Source of the DNA: Oligoflexia bacterium
Lineage (GTDB): Bacteria > Bdellovibrionota > UBA1018
NCBI GenBank assembly: GCA_963758495.1
Contig: CAVWVI010000003.1
Location: 96,001-160,000, forward strand
Reading direction: 5' to 3'
Length of the DNA: 64,000 nt
Part shown: positions 60,374 through 64,000 of the stretch, in pieces
How the letters are laid out: each line of letters starts with the position of its first letter
Position numbering within the stretch: the first letter of the stretch is position 1
Translations under genes and position numbers: made by a program
The notes under the pieces: generated by a model
Database searches by the model: none
What the model saw: the letters and a program-made list of their open reading frames with translations, nothing else
What the model was told of the DNA's origin: nothing

Positions 60374-60931
60374 CTATTTCCACTTAATACTGCAACCCAT
60401 AGCTGGCTTTGGGTCAGCGTCGGGGATTCGACCTGCTAGAACTTCATCTAACGCGAGCGCAAGGTCTCGGCGTGTGACTGAGCTTTCATCTTTCCAGTTA
60501 TCGTCCAGACGCCCTTGATATCGGAGAGCAAAGCCGGCTGATGTTGGAGCATAAAGATAGAACTCAGGGGTACATACAGCACCATAAGCTCGAGCCACTT
60601 CCTGTTGCTCATCATGCAAGTAAGGGAAAGCAAATCCTTGCTCGCGAGCACGGGCTTTCATTGCCTCAAAACTGTCATCCGGGTAACGAACTGGGTCATT
60701 GGAATTGATCCCAATCAGGTGGACCCCTTTTGCTTTGTACTCTTTTGCCAACTGATTGATTCGACTCTGTATTGCAATGACATAGGGACAGTGATTGCAC
60801 ATGAATACAAGAACGAGCGCTTTTGCATTTTTAAAATGATTCAAACTATAGATTTGATCATCGACTCCTCGAAGAGAGAAGTCGGGTGCAATGGATCCTA
60901 ATGGAAGGGGCTGTGAGTAAGTGAGTGCCAT
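60374..60931 (-). CDS. Thioredoxin-fold AhpC/TSA family protein
   Basis: CNHCPY, GAVCTPEF, YQGRLDD, GCSIKW. Confidence 0.92.
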   Translation of the reverse strand: MALTYSQPLPLGSIAPDFSLRGVDDQIYSLNHFKNAKALVLVFMCNHCPYVIAIQSRINQLAKEYKAKGVHLIGINSNDPVRYPDDSFEAMKARAREQGFAFPYLHDEQQEVARAYGAVCTPEFYLYAPTSAGFALRYQGRLDDNWKDESSVTRRDLALALDEVLAGRIPDADPKPAMGCSIKWK

Positions 60932-61097
60932 AGTTATTTTCCTGATGGTGTTAGAGATCTAAAAATTCCTTCAGAGCTAACTTGATTTTGTCTATTATCA
61001 CATCGGGAAGAATACCTAAATCTTTTCTGAATTAAAGATATCTAAAATGGGTATTAATCCAGCCGAAGTCTTGGACTTTAGAGGTTGAACTACGCTG

Positions 61098-61145
61098 CTT
61101 CGGAAGCAGACCTTGATTCGCCTTCGGAAGCAGACCTTGATTCGC
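61098..61145. repeat. 24-bp tandem duplication with hairpin potential
   Basis: cttcggaagcagaccttgattcgc x2 just downstream of the RING gene stop. Confidence 0.85.
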
Positions 61146-61161
61146 CCCCGAAGTTCCATCA

Positions 61162-62268
61162 TCAAATGACCCGCAAGCCACTCACCACCGGCAAAACACA
61201 ACGGACAGTGACCTCTTCCTCAAGAGACCGAGGATAGGTGACGACGATGCCATAAACTCCACGAAAGACGTAGGCGACGTCACGATTATAAGGGACTACT
61301 GACGACGACCAAAAATAATTGTCCGCCATATCAGGGATTGCAAGATGATCATAATGAACAAGAGCCCCCAGCGATCTTCCTAAAGCCACATACTCATCTT
61401 GGGTGGGCAACCTCGCTCCTCCACGCAAATCTCGGCAAAACCGCTCTGCGCTCTCTTGATTCATCCTGCGAACGTGTCCATCTTCTTTTGGAACCCCACT
61501 CCAAATCGTACCTCCCACCTCAAACATTTCTCCAAATGCCGCGAACTCCGGAGTGACTCGCTGATCGTTCTCCATGACTCGAGTGATGGGAGTCCCCGAG
61601 AGAACGGGACTAGGATTTTCCTGAGCTCGGGCTTCAACAGAGCCTGCAACGTCGATCCGCCACTCTACTGGTTGAGCAGCAATCTCAAGCGCCAATTCCA
61701 CTTCCTCACCAGGAGTGTACCTCAAAGGTTGGAGCTGATTGGAATTTACAATCCTTTGACGGCATGTCGGACACTTATGTTGATTTTCGAGAGCCTGGGA
61801 AATACAAGAGCTGCAAAACACATGATTACACGGAGTCAACATCAGATCCTTGCCCTGCATTTCGTCTAAACAGACAGGACAAATTTCAGCCTGGCGAATA
61901 GCATCAATCTGGGTCTGTACCGGTTCCAGTTCGCTCGCCTTCAAAAGGTCAGCTTGTGCTTTCAAAAGATCAACTTGAGCTAACAGCTCATCAATCCGAA
62001 CTTGACATACAGTCTTCCGAGATTGCAACTCCTCAGGAACCCTACTCATTCTTCGTTTGTCCTCAATCAGTTGATTCAACCAAGAACCTTCCACCCGATC
62101 CCGTACATTTCGAACTGCATTTTCCGTAGCTCCAAAACCAGAAATCTGCACACGCATACCTTGAAATTCAAAAGTATTTTCTGGTGCAGCCGAAACCACA
62201 TTAGAAGCAAGAATTGCAGAAAAGCTCGCTATAATTATTCCTAATGTGATCGCAAGATATTTCCTCAT
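61162..62268 (-). CDS. Secreted C3HC4 RING-finger protein with C-terminal C-type-lectin-fold (DUF1566/FGE-like) domain
   Basis: Signal peptide MRKYLAITLG...VSA; coiled coil; CPVC...CNHVFCSSC...CPTCR; AERFC...ARLPTQDE...FWSSS...VRCV. Confidence 0.85.
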   Translation of the reverse strand: MRKYLAITLGIIIASFSAILASNVVSAAPENTFEFQGMRVQISGFGATENAVRNVRDRVEGSWLNQLIEDKRRMSRVPEELQSRKTVCQVRIDELLAQVDLLKAQADLLKASELEPVQTQIDAIRQAEICPVCLDEMQGKDLMLTPCNHVFCSSCISQALENQHKCPTCRQRIVNSNQLQPLRYTPGEEVELALEIAAQPVEWRIDVAGSVEARAQENPSPVLSGTPITRVMENDQRVTPEFAAFGEMFEVGGTIWSGVPKEDGHVRRMNQESAERFCRDLRGGARLPTQDEYVALGRSLGALVHYDHLAIPDMADNYFWSSSVVPYNRDVAYVFRGVYGIVVTYPRSLEEEVTVRCVLPVVSGLRVI

Positions 62269-62430
62269 ATTTCGTTCCTCGAATTCCCATACAAACGCAA
62301 GCAGGAGGCTATGGAAAAACATAAATAATTACAGATTGTTAATATTTGTCAGAGTTATTTTTGAAAAACAAACCTATCTAAAGAGATTACATCTGTCAAA
62401 AATATTAAATATAAAGTAAAAAACTATACA

Positions 62431-62934
62431 CTAATCTAAAGCCGTGCCCCGGAACTCATGCCGGCTCACAATGTCCTTTAAAAGATCCATCATTAAATCC
62501 ATTTCCTTCTTATTTAAATGTCCAAAAAAGTATGCATCATTCTCATCCGCAATCTTTGCCAAGATAGGAACCAGCTTCAAACCTTCCGAAGTCAGCTCGA
62601 GCGAGGAGAGTCGCCTGTCTACCTGACTCATCGTACGTGTAATCAATCCCCGTCTCTCCAAACGATCTGATAGCCGTGAAAGAGCCCCTTTATCCATTCC
62701 CATTTCTTCCGATAATTGCGTGAGCGAACATGGCGCATGTGAATATAAAAACCGAAGCGCGATCCACTCCGCTACAGTTGCACCTTTTTCTGAAAGTCTT
62801 TGCTGAAAAGCTGCGGACACATGATTTGAAACAAATCTGAGCCAATATCCCAGATAAGAATCAATATCTCCAAATTTCGAACCTTTTCCCAACTTTTGCT
62901 TTTGCAATCGACTTTTAGCACTAGCTTGTTCCAT
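62431..62934 (-). CDS. MarR family transcriptional regulator
   Basis: LSEEMGMDKGALSRLSDRLERRGLI, DRR, LTSEG. Confidence 0.93.
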   Translation of the reverse strand: MEQASAKSRLQKQKLGKGSKFGDIDSYLGYWLRFVSNHVSAAFQQRLSEKGATVAEWIALRFLYSHAPCSLTQLSEEMGMDKGALSRLSDRLERRGLITRTMSQVDRRLSSLELTSEGLKLVPILAKIADENDAYFFGHLNKKEMDLMMDLLKDIVSRHEFRGTALD

Positions 62935-62965
62935 AAACTATGCATACTAGGTGCATTAATTTACT

Positions 62966-63013
62966 TTGACAAGGTCAATATTAGTTGCTATAGCAATAGT
63001 TGTGTAGGCAACT
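62966..63013. promoter_or_regulatory. Palindromic boxes in divergent promoter region (candidate MarR operators)
   Basis: ttgacaaggtcaa (62966), agttgctatagcaat (62983), agttgtgtaggcaact (62998). Confidence 0.5.
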
Positions 63014-63102
63014 TGTTTTAGACTTTAGAACATCTCTGTCCCCTTTTGCATTTCCGCCTATCCACTGCAAGAGTCAGAGAAAGCATTTATTTAGAGGTAA
63101 AT

Positions 63103-64000
63103 ATGAGATCCCATACTGTGGTTCAATTTTTGTTTATATTAATAGTCCTATCGTCGATTCCAACGGCACTTTTTGCAGACCAAAAAGAAATTAAGATCGG
63201 TGTCGCTTCTACCAGCCCTCTCAAAAAGAAAGCTGTCCTAGAAGTATTCCAAATGCTTTTTCCAAATAAGCACATTCATCTATCCGCTTATTCGGCTCAA
63301 TCAAATGTTGCGGAACAACCCGTGGGCGAAAACAATGGAATTGAGGGTGCAAGGAATCGCCTCAAAAATGCACAAATTCAGTCCACTCATGAAGAAGACT
63401 ATTTTGTTGCAATTGAAAATTATATTGAGGAGTCTCCTCAAAATACAAACCAATGGATCGATCGGGCGGCAGTTTGGGTACAAAAAAAAGGTCGCCCCGC
63501 CATTTTAGAGCACTCTCAACCCGTTTCATTTGAAGCTAAATTTGCATTAGAAGCAAAAAGGAGAACGAGGGAACCCTATCCCCTTCAAAATACGGGATTT
63601 TCCATCACTGCTGGAAAAATCATCCAAGAGGGTTTTAAAGATCACAGAGAAGCCATTCTTTCCGATGATTGGCAAAAACATCCAAAGTTTGGTGGAATTT
63701 CTAGAAAAAAACTCATTCAGCAAGCCATCGCCAAAGCCGTGATCAAGAATGAAATCACTGCAATTCCTAATTTTCCAAAGGCACCGGTCACTTTTCAGGA
63801 TATTTCCCCTCTACTCGGAAACCCTGAAATTTTTCAAGCCGTGATTAACCTCTTTGCCGATAAATATCACTCCAAAGGTATCGATGCCGTTGCCGGATTA
63901 GAGGCAAGAGGATTTATCTTGGGAGCTCCACTCGCATTAAAAATGAATGTGCCTTTTATTCCTATTAGAAAAAAGGGTAAACTGCCCCGACCCACACATC
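63103..64000 (+). CDS. Signal peptide + YjjX/DUF84-like NTPase + adenine phosphoribosyltransferase fusion (partial, runs off window end)
   Basis: Manual translation: MRSHTVVQFLFILIVLSSIPTALFA, ASTSPLKKKAV...SNVAEQP...GARNRL...AIENYI...GGISR, then IPNFPKAPVTFQDISPLL...GLEARGFILG...IRKKGKLP; RBS agaggt. Confidence 0.88.
   Translation, partial: MRSHTVVQFLFILIVLSSIPTALFADQKEIKIGVASTSPLKKKAVLEVFQMLFPNKHIHLSAYSAQSNVAEQPVGENNGIEGARNRLKNAQIQSTHEEDYFVAIENYIEESPQNTNQWIDRAAVWVQKKGRPAILEHSQPVSFEAKFALEAKRRTREPYPLQNTGFSITAGKIIQEGFKDHREAILSDDWQKHPKFGGISRKKLIQQAIAKAVIKNEITAIPNFPKAPVTFQDISPLLGNPEIFQAVINLFADKYHSKGIDAVAGLEARGFILGAPLALKMNVPFIPIRKKGKLPRPTH

Noticed and set aside
61016..61201. 61-aa ORF with RIKVCFR repeat
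   Set aside because: By-product of the 24-bp duplication; no RBS or protein features.
1..64000. Complete DGR cassette, retron or prophage
   Set aside because: No reverse transcriptase, AAC-rich template repeat, integrase or phage structural gene recognised; only a candidate DGR target.

Overview
64-kb bacterial chromosomal segment (about 40% GC by eye). The gene set (TraF-like barrel, dispersed Tad genes, sigma54 two-component system, many secreted orphans) suggests a Bdellovibrionota/Oligoflexia-like organism; this is inference, not a database result. The housekeeping backbone is typA, pntAa/Ab/B, cpaF, PIN-PhoH, an aminotransferase, coaD, rsmD, metG, sodB, argS, mrp, folE and lipA-E2-lpdA-lipB. 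It is interspersed with accessory DNA: two IS elements, a BrnTA module plus a second brnA remnant, and signal-peptide orphans. Main candidates: (1) a secreted C3HC4 RING protein whose C-terminal C-type-lectin-fold tail has the codon signature of a DGR variable region (no RT or template repeat seen in this window); (2) a secreted ankyrin-array plus ADP-ribosyltransferase-like protein missed by the ORF track; (3) a ~70-nt sigma54-promoter-to-terminator sRNA candidate; (4) an apparently catalytically dead type IIG-like methyltransferase; (5) a sigma region 4 / zinc anti-sigma / TM fusion; (6) a signal-peptide YjjX-APRT fusion, also missed by the ORF track. All calls come from manual motif reading; no searches were run. 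No rRNA, tRNA or CRISPR array was recognised.
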